This document shows, piece by piece, positions 47,984 to 56,038 of a stretch of DNA of 59,730 nucleotides. A program made the position numbers and the translations under genes. The DNA lies in the NCBI GenBank assembly GCA_043816345.1, contig JBDRIA010000013.1:1-59730 (forward strand), read 5' to 3'. The stretch's first letter is position 1, and each line of letters starts with the position of its first letter. Below the pieces are notes generated by a model. The model was not told the DNA's origin, ran no database searches, and worked only from the letters and a program-made list of their open reading frames with translations. Source of the stretch: Chloroflexota bacterium. GTDB lineage: Bacteria > Chloroflexota > Dehalococcoidia > Lucifugimonadales > UBA2985.

Positions 47984-49174
47984 GTGGAAAAGCGAACCGT
48001 ACGGGACATAAAGGTCAATGGCAAGCGGGTCCTGGTGAGGGTGGATTTCAATGTCACGCTGGAGCAAGGTCGAATCGGCGACGATGGCCGCCTTCGCGCC
48101 GTCCTTCCCACACTGCGATACTTGCAAGAGTGTGGGGCGATGGTAATCCTTTGCTCCCATCTCGGTAGGCCGGGAGGCAAGGTAGTGGAGGGGATGAGGC
48201 TAGCTCCGGTGGGCCAGCGCCTGTCGGAGCTACTGCAAGAAGACGTAGCCTGCATAGACGAGTGCGTTGGCCCCAGGGTTGAGGCCGCGGTGAAGGAGTT
48301 GAAGCCGGGGAAGATACTTCTCTTGGAAAACCTGCGGTTCTATCCAGAGGAGGAGCGAAACGATGCCGACTTCGCCCGTTCGCTGGCGGCCCTGGCGGAT
48401 GTCTTTGTGAACGATGGGTTTGCCGTGGCCCATCGCGCTCACGCCTCTACGGAAGGCATCACCCACTATCTGCCGTCGGTGGCAGGCTTCCTGATGGAGA
48501 AGGAGCTGGATGCCCTGGACCTGGTGCTCCACTCTCCCCTGCGGCCTCTGGTGGTAGCCCTGGGAGGGGCCAAGGTAAGCGATAAGATGGGGGTCGTGGA
48601 GAACTTCCTGGACAAGGTAGATACTCTTCTGGTTGGCGGGGGCATGGCCGCCACCTTCCTCAAGTCCCAGGGAAATCCCGTGGGCAGCTCCCAGGTGGAA
48701 GATGATCGGCTGGAGCTAGCCCGAGGTGTGATGAAGCGGGCCAGGGAGAAGGGCATTTCTCTTCTGATCCCCGTGGACGTGGTCGTCGCCGATGAGTTTG
48801 GCCCGGAGGCCAAGAGCCGTACCGTGGATGTTGAGGATGTGCCTGACGGATGGTACATCATGGACATCGGCCATCGGACTCTGGACATCTTCAGGGCCGA
48901 GGTGGCCCGGGGCAAGACAATTCTCTGGAACGGGCCCATGGGAGTCTTCGAGTTCCCGGCCTTTAGCAGAGGGACGCGAGAGCTAGCATCTGCCATAGGG
49001 AGTCTGAATGGGGTCATCACCGTTTTGGGTGGTGGCTCGACCGCGGAGGTGGCGGACTCACTGGGTCTGGCGGACCGGATGACCCACGTATCAACCGGGG
49101 GCGGCGCCTCTCTGGAGTTCCTGGAGGGGAAGACCCTACCTGGAGTAGCTGCCTTGATGGACAAGGAGGAATAA
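47984..49174 (+). CDS. pgk: Phosphoglycerate kinase
   Basis: RVDFNV, SHLGRP and STGGGASLEFLEGK motifs. Confidence 0.95.
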   Translation: MEKRTVRDIKVNGKRVLVRVDFNVTLEQGRIGDDGRLRAVLPTLRYLQECGAMVILCSHLGRPGGKVVEGMRLAPVGQRLSELLQEDVACIDECVGPRVEAAVKELKPGKILLLENLRFYPEEERNDADFARSLAALADVFVNDGFAVAHRAHASTEGITHYLPSVAGFLMEKELDALDLVLHSPLRPLVVALGGAKVSDKMGVVENFLDKVDTLLVGGGMAATFLKSQGNPVGSSQVEDDRLELARGVMKRAREKGISLLIPVDVVVADEFGPEAKSRTVDVEDVPDGWYIMDIGHRTLDIFRAEVARGKTILWNGPMGVFEFPAFSRGTRELASAIGSLNGVITVLGGGSTAEVADSLGLADRMTHVSTGGGASLEFLEGKTLPGVAALMDKEE

Positions 49175-49179
49175 AGCCG

Positions 49180-50385
49180 ATGATAGATTTCCCGCACATT
49201 GCAGAGATATGCCAGTCTACCTCTTCCAGAATTCTCATGCTGGTGGTCGATGGCTTGGGGGGCGCACCGCATCCTGAGAGGGGCAAGTCGGAGCTAGAGG
49301 TAGCTCGAATGCCCAACCTGGATAGCCTGGCCTCCCGCAGCGCCTGTGGACTCACCACGCCGGTCCTGCCGGGCATTACCCCTGGCAGCGGGCCTGGGCA
49401 CCTATCGCTCTTCGGATATGACCCCGTGAAGTATCTCATTGGCCGGGGCGTGCTGGAGGCATTGGGCATTGAAGTGGATGTGCAAGAGGGCGACGTGGCC
49501 GCCCGGGGCAACTTCTGCACCGTGGATGGACAGGGCAAGCTCGTGGACCGCCGGGCAGGGCGCATCAGCTCGCAGGAGAGCATCCCACTCTGCCAGCAGC
49601 TTGATCAGATAGAGGTTCCGGGCCTGGAAGTGCGTGTTTTCCCTGTGCAGGACTACCGCTTCGTGGCCCTCTTTCGGGGCCAGGGCCTGAGCGAGAAGGT
49701 GACTGAGACCGATCCCCAGGTGGTGGGCGTTCCTCCCAGGCGAGTGGAGGCCCTGGACAGAGGGGCTGAAAAGACCGCAGCGGCGGTCAACGCCCTTATC
49801 GAGGGGGCCAGGGAGGTGCTGGGGGACAGGGAGAGGGCCAACATGGTCCTTTTGCGCGGCTTTTCCCAGCTACCTGCGCTGCCGGACTTCGGCCACACGT
49901 ACCAGCTCAATCCCGCTGCGATAGCTGCCTACCCCATGTATCGTGGCCTTGCAAAGGTAGTGGGCATGACGATTATTCCCACCGGCTCCACCTTCCAGGA
50001 GGAGGTGGAGACCCTCAGCAACCACTTCCAGGAGCACGATTTCTTCTATCTGCACTACAAGCCCGCAGACGCGGCAGGGGAAGATGGCAACTTCGATGCA
50101 AAGGTGCAGGCTCTAGAGGCGATAGATGAGTTTATTCCCAGTCTACTGGACCTGAAACCAGATGCCTTCATTGTCGCGGGGGACCATGCCACGCCCTCGA
50201 TACTGGCGAACCATAGCTGGCATCCTGTGCCCCTGCTCATACACTCCAGACTGACCCTGGGGGAGGGAGTGGAGGCTTTCCACGAGAGGGCTTGTGCCAC
50301 CGGGTCGCTGGGACGCATACCGGCCACCCAGGCTATGCTCCTGGCCCTGGCCCACGCCGGCAAGCTGATCAAGTTCGGGCCATAG
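49180..50385 (+). CDS. apgM: Cofactor-independent phosphoglycerate mutase, archaeal type
   Basis: LMLVVDGLGG N-terminus, about 400 aa, and a GDHATP region. Sits between pgk and tpiA. Confidence 0.85.
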   Translation: MIDFPHIAEICQSTSSRILMLVVDGLGGAPHPERGKSELEVARMPNLDSLASRSACGLTTPVLPGITPGSGPGHLSLFGYDPVKYLIGRGVLEALGIEVDVQEGDVAARGNFCTVDGQGKLVDRRAGRISSQESIPLCQQLDQIEVPGLEVRVFPVQDYRFVALFRGQGLSEKVTETDPQVVGVPPRRVEALDRGAEKTAAAVNALIEGAREVLGDRERANMVLLRGFSQLPALPDFGHTYQLNPAAIAAYPMYRGLAKVVGMTIIPTGSTFQEEVETLSNHFQEHDFFYLHYKPADAAGEDGNFDAKVQALEAIDEFIPSLLDLKPDAFIVAGDHATPSILANHSWHPVPLLIHSRLTLGEGVEAFHERACATGSLGRIPATQAMLLALAHAGKLIKFGP

Positions 50386-50435
50386 AGTACTTTGCAGAAC
50401 GCGATTATCCCACCAGAACACGTACCTTTACCCAT

Positions 50436-50538
50436 GTCATTCTGAGGGAGTCCTTCCAAGGAAGGACGACCGAAGAATCTAAGGCGAAGTGCTGAATTTA
50501 GGCAAAGGCTTTAGATTCTTCGCTTCGCTCAGAATGAC
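50436..50538 (+). mobile_element. 103-bp MITE-like element with 11-bp terminal inverted repeats
   Basis: GTCATTCTGAG...CTCAGAATGAC with an internal palindrome GTCCTTCCaaGGAAGGAC. About 90% identical to the reverse complement of 58904..59006. Confidence 0.8.
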
Positions 50539-50624
50539 ATCCACCTATCCCGCTCACCCTGAGCTTGTCGAAGGGCCGTTCCGAAATGTTTGAAGAATGA
50601 GTGCCACGCACAAGGAGGTCTCAC

Positions 50625-51398
50625 ATGCCCACGCCCATCGTCGCTGGAAACTGGAAGATGAACACCACCCTGGCCGAGGCCGTAGCTCTGGCTTCCGAGA
50701 TGCGCGAGGCCCTGGAGGCTATTCGCGGAGTGGAGAAGGTGGTGTGTCCACCCTTTATCTCGCTGAAGGCCGTGAAGGACGTGGTGGAGGGTACATCAAT
50801 CAGGGTAGGTGCACAGAACATGCACTACGAGGAGAAGGGGGCCTACACAGGCGAGGTGTCGCCGGGGATGCTGGCGGGGCTGTGCCAGTACGTCATTCTG
50901 GGCCACTCGGAGCGGCGGCAGTATTTCGGGGAGACGGACGCGGCGGTGAACCGGAAGATAAAAGCCGCGCTGGGTGTGGGGCTGCGTCCTTCCGTTGAAG
51001 GACTGCGTCCCATCCTGTGTGTTGGGGAGCGATTGGAGGAGCGAGAAGCGGGCAGGGCGGAGGAGGTGGTGACGGGGCAGCTGCGGGGAGCACTGGACGG
51101 CGTGTCGTCCAGTGACACTCTGGCTGTGGCCTACGAGCCGATATGGGCCATCGGGACGGGGATTGCTGCGACGGCGGAGGACGCCGAGGCTATGATGGGA
51201 GCCATACGCCGTACCCTGACGGAGATGTACGGCGAGGCTGCGGCTCAGGAGGTGCCTTTGCTGTACGGGGGCAGCGTGACCCCTGCCAATGCCGCCGAGT
51301 ATGCCAGCCAGCCCAACGTGAACGGCGCGCTGGTGGGGGGAGCCAGCCTCAACGCTGTGAGCTTTGTGGAGATCGCGCGGCAGATGGCGGAGGGGTAG
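50625..51398 (+). CDS. tpiA: Triosephosphate isomerase (with a 7-aa in-frame insertion)
   Basis: AGNWKMN, GHSERR, YEPIWAIGTG, GGAS. AAGGAGG lies before ATG 50625. Confidence 0.95.
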   Translation: MPTPIVAGNWKMNTTLAEAVALASEMREALEAIRGVEKVVCPPFISLKAVKDVVEGTSIRVGAQNMHYEEKGAYTGEVSPGMLAGLCQYVILGHSERRQYFGETDAAVNRKIKAALGVGLRPSVEGLRPILCVGERLEEREAGRAEEVVTGQLRGALDGVSSSDTLAVAYEPIWAIGTGIAATAEDAEAMMGAIRRTLTEMYGEAAAQEVPLLYGGSVTPANAAEYASQPNVNGALVGGASLNAVSFVEIARQMAEG

Positions 51399-51436
51399 GG
51401 GGGGAGGGATTTGCCAGATCGTTAGGTAGGAGGGAG

Positions 51437-52081
51437 ATGAGTATGGCAAGCGATGAACTAATCAGGTTGATTGCAGATCTGAAGAAAAGGGAATCAGAGT
51501 TTGTGTCGAAGGGGATTGCCATGATGACGTTCAACCCTTCTATAGGACGTGTAATGGAAAAGGGGACGGTGCGCAAGTTTGAGGAATTGGCCTGGGAGGA
51601 AGTTCAAAAACTCGTCCGTGTTAAATCGCTAGGTGAGTTTGACGAGTTTCACGACGACTTTGTGAGTAAGGTGATGGAAGCAATTGCCACCAACAAAGGT
51701 GCGAAAGTCTCATACGGCGAGGCACAAAAGCCCATAAACGTGTTCCTCAAAGTTTATGTAGGGTGGGCACATCTCCCCGATAGCACGACAGCAGACAGAT
51801 TGAGGCCCTTTTTGCACGTGCCTCTGGATAGTGTAATGATGAAGAACTTTAGGAAGGATTTCCCCATCCCCTACAACCAATTCGTTCTTACGACCATTGA
51901 CGCCATACGAAGAAAGGCAAACATAGAAGAACTGAGCGACCGGGTTTTCTTAAGCCTAAACATGATCCTCATTAAGGACCATTATTATGCCTGGCAAAAG
52001 CTCTTCAGAAACCTCTACCCTGAGAGTCCCGTGTTCCTCGATTTCGTATGGTCACTTGAAAGAAGGAAGCAAACAGACTGA
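51437..52081 (+). CDS. Orphan hypothetical protein
   Basis: AGGAGG RBS with ATGs at 51437 and 51443. AT-richer than both neighbours. No domain recognised. Confidence 0.6.
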   Translation: MSMASDELIRLIADLKKRESEFVSKGIAMMTFNPSIGRVMEKGTVRKFEELAWEEVQKLVRVKSLGEFDEFHDDFVSKVMEAIATNKGAKVSYGEAQKPINVFLKVYVGWAHLPDSTTADRLRPFLHVPLDSVMMKNFRKDFPIPYNQFVLTTIDAIRRKANIEELSDRVFLSLNMILIKDHYYAWQKLFRNLYPESPVFLDFVWSLERRKQTD

Positions 52082-52135
52082 AATGCTTGACAGGGGGTAA
52101 GAGAGGTTGGTTTGTTAGCCATTAACAATGTTCTT

Positions 52136-53089
52136 ATGTCCCCTTACCCCCTTATAGCCATCGTTGGGCCGACGGCGGCGGGCAAGAGCGGGCTGGCGTT
52201 GGAGTTGGCTCGGCGCTTCGGTGGCGAGATTGTCAACGGGGACAGCCGCCAGGTGTACCGTCACATGGACATCGGCACCGCCAAGCCATCGGTGCAAGAA
52301 CGCAGCCTCGTTCCCCATCACCTGGTGGACATCGTAGACCCCGATGAGCCTTACAGCCTGGCCCTGTACCTGGCCCAGGCGCGCGAGGCCGTCCAGGACA
52401 TCCAGGGCCGGGGCAGGTTGCCCCTTCTGGTGGGCGGCACGGGGCAGTATATCTGGGGTCTCCTGGAGGGCTTTCACGCGCCCCAGGTCCCTCCCAACCC
52501 ATCGCTGAGGGCGCGGCTGGAGGCGGAGGCCAGGGAAGAAGGGCACGAGGCCCTGTGGCGGCGGCTTCAGGCTGTGGACTCTGCGGCGGCGTCCCGCATA
52601 GACCCTCGGAACGTACGTCGGGTGGTGCGCGCCCTGGAGGTGTACGACGAAACGGGAATACCCTTCTCCCAGGCCCAGGGACGGGAGGAGCCGCCGTACC
52701 ACAGCCTGGTCATTGGCCTGACGATGGAGAGGCCGCGGCTGTATGAGCGCATCGACCGTCGGGTGGAGGCGATGGTGGCAGGGGACTGGCCCCAGGAGGT
52801 GGCGCATCTCTTGGAGAAGGGGTACTCTCCCGAGCTGCCGTCCATGTCCAGCCTGGGGTATCGTGAGATGGCGGCATACATAAGGGGTGAGCTGTCCCTG
52901 GAGGAAGCCGTGGCTCGAATCAAGACGGCTACCCATCGTTTTGCGCGGCACCAGTACGCCTGGTTCCGTCTCAGGGACCCTCGCATCCACTGGCTGGATG
53001 CAGGCGGATCAGAGGCGACTATTCGCGCCGTGCAGTGTGTCGAAACCCATTTGATAGGGTCTAGGCATCCTATGGTAGAATCTAGGTGA
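52136..53089 (+). CDS. miaA: tRNA dimethylallyltransferase
   Basis: GPTAAGKS P-loop and DSRQVYRHMDIGTAKP. Confidence 0.95.
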   Translation: MSPYPLIAIVGPTAAGKSGLALELARRFGGEIVNGDSRQVYRHMDIGTAKPSVQERSLVPHHLVDIVDPDEPYSLALYLAQAREAVQDIQGRGRLPLLVGGTGQYIWGLLEGFHAPQVPPNPSLRARLEAEAREEGHEALWRRLQAVDSAAASRIDPRNVRRVVRALEVYDETGIPFSQAQGREEPPYHSLVIGLTMERPRLYERIDRRVEAMVAGDWPQEVAHLLEKGYSPELPSMSSLGYREMAAYIRGELSLEEAVARIKTATHRFARHQYAWFRLRDPRIHWLDAGGSEATIRAVQCVETHLIGSRHPMVESR

Positions 53090-53242
53090 TGCAGGAGGTG
53101 CTTACGTGCTGCGATTGCTAATGGGTCTGACAATAGGAGTATACCTGGGATTCCACGCTCCCCAGTACATTCGCCAGTGTCGTGAGAAGTGCCACAGATG
53201 TCTTGAAGAGTGGCACAACGAGGCTCACAGGGAGGAAGCCGG

Positions 53243-54092
53243 GTGAGGTTTACCAAGATGCACGGCGCGGGCAACGACTACGTCGTGATAGATGCTCGCG
53301 GCTTCAATGTCGACTGGCCGTCTCTGGCCAGGGCCATGTGCGACCGTCACATGGGAGTGGGAGCCGATGGCATTCTACTGGTCTTGCCTTCGGACTCGGC
53401 GGACGTGCGGATGCGGATGTTCAACCCGGACGGCTCGGAGGCGGAGATGTGTGGCAACGGCATACGATGTCTGGCCAAGTACGCTCTGGAGCGAGGCATA
53501 GTTGAGGGAGGCAAGGGGCCACCTGGAGGTGGAGACAAAGGCAGGGATTCGTGTCCTAGAGCCTGTCTGGCAGGACGGTAAGGTCGCCCGGGCGCGAGTG
53601 GGCATGGGTGAGGCGGAGCTGCGTCCTGAGGAGGTTCCAGTCGCTCTCCCCGAGGGGATTATTGAAGGGCCAGTGATAGACTATCCCCTGACGGTGGAAG
53701 ATGTGGAGCTGAAACTTACCTTTGTCTCCATGGGCAATCCCCACGCCGTCGCCTTCGTCGAAATGCCCGTGGAGGAGTTTCCGCTTCATCGCATCGGGCC
53801 GCAGGTGGAGCGCCATGCTATGTTCCCGAAGCGCGTGAACTTCTCTATTGTAAATGTGGGTGATTGGAGCGGTCTCACGGCGCGGGTATGGGAGCGGGGG
53901 GCAGGGGAGACGATGGCCTGCGGAACGGGAGCCTGCGCCATCGCCGTGGCCTCCAGGCTGCACGGCTACTCCGGCAACGATGTTGACATAATGCTGCCAG
54001 GGGGCACCCTTGGGATCGCCCTGGACAGAAGAGGGCAGGTATGGCTCGAAGGGCCAGCGGAGGAGGTTTTCGAGGGCGATTGGGATGGATGA
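53243..54092 (+). pseudogene. dapF: Diaminopimelate epimerase gene interrupted by a 1-nt frameshift near 53505-53510
   Basis: The N-terminal half ([13 protein letters not shown] .. MCGNGIRC) is in one frame. The C-terminal half ([12 protein letters not shown] .. MACGTGACA) is in the +1 frame. GTG start with a GGAGGAAG RBS. Confidence 0.8.
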
Positions 54093-54116
54093 AAGAGATA
54101 GGAAAATGAGGTATCC

Positions 54117-54440
54117 ATGAAGGTTTCCTTCCCCCACGGAACGACCAAAGATAGAGCGCTGGAGGAGTTGAAGGCCAACAACTCCAAGCTGATGGCCCGG
54201 TTTGGCACAGAGATATCTGGGCTCCAGCAGGAGTGGCAAGAGAACGGGTTGACCTTCTCCTTCAGGGCGCAAGGAGTTGCCATTTCGGGTAAGTTGGCCG
54301 TGGGGGAGGAACACGTGGAGTTGGAGGCGGAGTTGCCTCGGTGGGCAAGGCTTTTTGAAGGACAAGTCCGGGAGAGGGCGTTGCAGGTTATGCAGGAGAT
54401 TTTTACATCGGAGATGCACGATAAGGAGCAGAGCGCATGA
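54117..54440 (+). CDS. Small protein resembling the polyhydroxyalkanoic-acid-system family (tentative)
   Basis: 107 aa with the pattern F.F.A.G..ISG.L.V.E..V.LE..LP. Recognised by eye only. Confidence 0.45.
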   Translation: MKVSFPHGTTKDRALEELKANNSKLMARFGTEISGLQQEWQENGLTFSFRAQGVAISGKLAVGEEHVELEAELPRWARLFEGQVRERALQVMQEIFTSEMHDKEQSA

Positions 54441-54524
54441 AGTTCGCCAATCGCATAGACCAGCTCCCACCGTACCTGTTTGTGGAGATCAGCCGCAAGA
54501 TAGCCCAGAAGCGGGCCGAGGGGG
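54438..54524 (+). pseudogene. Duplicated 5' end of dapL (30 codons then stop), the left direct repeat of the ParA cassette
   Basis: 83/87 identical to 56039..56125. Keeps the ATGA overlap with the upstream gene. Confidence 0.9.
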
Positions 54525-54530
54525 GTTAGC

Positions 54531-55499
54531 TTGGCCAAACGCATTAGCATTATCAACTTCAAAGGTGGGGTAGGCAAAACTACGTTGGCGTTCCATTTGG
54601 CAACGGGACTCGCCCGATACCATGACGGCAAGCGAGTGCTCCTAATCGACATAGACCACCAAAGCAGCCTCTCGATCGTTTGTCTGGGAGATGTCGCCAA
54701 GTGGCAAGCCGCTGTCAGAGGTGACAGAACCATAAACAGGGTATTTCAACATTTGACGATGCCTGGGTCAGCTATGCCAGGCACAGAGATTGTAATCAAG
54801 AGCCCTATACCTAGAAATCGTTATCCTACCCTAGACCTAGTGCCGGCAGCTCTGCAACTCGACGATACCGAAATTAAATTGACAGCATCTCAAGTTGGTG
54901 ATGCCATCACTTCCGAATGGACGAAGAGAACGTTGCTTTGTCAGTGGCTAGAGTCAACAGGTGTTGATAATGAATACGATTACATCATTGTTGACTGTCC
55001 GCCCGCAACGAAGATCGTGACGCAAAATGCGATTGCGCTGAGCCACGGCTATATCGTCCCTGTCATACCAGAAGCAGTGATGGAACGCGGTGCCCCACAC
55101 CTGGTTGATTTGATTCAAGATGGCATAGATGGAATGCTCCAGCGCTATGCCCAATTTCTGGGCACCGGAGCTACCTCTGTACCAGGTACTTATGTGCCCG
55201 ATACTGAACTAATTGGCTTGGTAGTAACCAGGATAAAAACCGCAAGGGGATATTCAGGATACAGTGACAACCATACTCAACATCTGCGTGTCCTACAAAG
55301 GCGATGGGATAGCGACCTGGTGACTCCTTACATTGAGGATGGCGTCGGAATCGGAGAGTCGTTGACCATGGGGCTTCCTGTATATGACCGAGAGCGCACC
55401 TCCTCCGGAGGGCTAACCCAAAATGTAGGAAAGCGCGGCTTTGGTGACCAATTCAGAAGCCTAGTAGACAACCTGAAAGCAAGGATCGATGCGCTGTGA
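54531..55499 (+). CDS. ParA/MinD-superfamily ATPase
   Basis: Deviant Walker A NFKGGVGKTT, LLIDIDHQ, and Walker B YIIVDCPPA. TTG start. Confidence 0.85.
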   Translation: MAKRISIINFKGGVGKTTLAFHLATGLARYHDGKRVLLIDIDHQSSLSIVCLGDVAKWQAAVRGDRTINRVFQHLTMPGSAMPGTEIVIKSPIPRNRYPTLDLVPAALQLDDTEIKLTASQVGDAITSEWTKRTLLCQWLESTGVDNEYDYIIVDCPPATKIVTQNAIALSHGYIVPVIPEAVMERGAPHLVDLIQDGIDGMLQRYAQFLGTGATSVPGTYVPDTELIGLVVTRIKTARGYSGYSDNHTQHLRVLQRRWDSDLVTPYIEDGVGIGESLTMGLPVYDRERTSSGGLTQNVGKRGFGDQFRSLVDNLKARIDAL

Positions 55500-56026
55500 A
55501 CCCCGATAGAAAACAGAACCAGCGTCCGGTTGTAATGGCTGATACAGCAGAGCAGCAAGCGGCAGGGGCTCTTTCTGTGAAAGACCTATCGGACGCTCTT
55601 CAGGATTTTGCCCGTGTGTATAGGAATCCCCGGACAGGAAATCCAAAGCTCGCGGATGCCCTAAACAAACTTAGTAGAGTTTTGCAGAGGTACTCCAGCC
55701 ATAATGTCGACGAAGTACTAGCGGGACTGACTGTTGTATCCCGCCACAAGCCTGGCAAAAAGAACGTTCAAGTCAGCCACCTCCGAGGCATAGACTTAGC
55801 CTCTATAGACCTAACAAAGGCCAAAGAGTTGTTGCATACTCAAGAACTGACCAAAATGGACTTAATTCGAATCGCGTATGAACGATTTGGAATGCCGAAA
55901 TCCCGGTTAGAGCGTCAAAACAGAGCAGCAGTGCTCGATGCCATCGACGCTGCCTTGAGGAATGAGGAGGCTCTGGACATCATCTCGGAAGAAGCTCGAC
56001 GCGAAGGTTCTCGCCGTTCTCGATAG
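55496..56026 (+). CDS. Hypothetical partner protein of the ParA-like ATPase
   Basis: GTGA overlap with the ATPase gene. 176 aa, helical and charged, no recognisable domain. Confidence 0.6.
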   Translation: MNPDRKQNQRPVVMADTAEQQAAGALSVKDLSDALQDFARVYRNPRTGNPKLADALNKLSRVLQRYSSHNVDEVLAGLTVVSRHKPGKKNVQVSHLRGIDLASIDLTKAKELLHTQELTKMDLIRIAYERFGMPKSRLERQNRAAVLDAIDAALRNEEALDIISEEARREGSRRSR

Positions 56027-56038
56027 TGGAGGTGTTCC

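Noticed and set aside
51143-51436. N-terminal 98 codons of the 312-aa ORF call
   Set aside because: This part overlaps the 3' end of tpiA in another frame. The RBS and composition change support a start at 51437 or 51443.
52115-53274. 291-aa and 235-aa minus-strand ORFs
   Set aside because: They are antisense to miaA and have no motifs.
53556-54733. 304-aa and 255-aa minus-strand ORFs across dapF, the small PHA-like gene and the ParA gene start
   Set aside because: They overlap several well-supported plus-strand genes. They are shadow frames.
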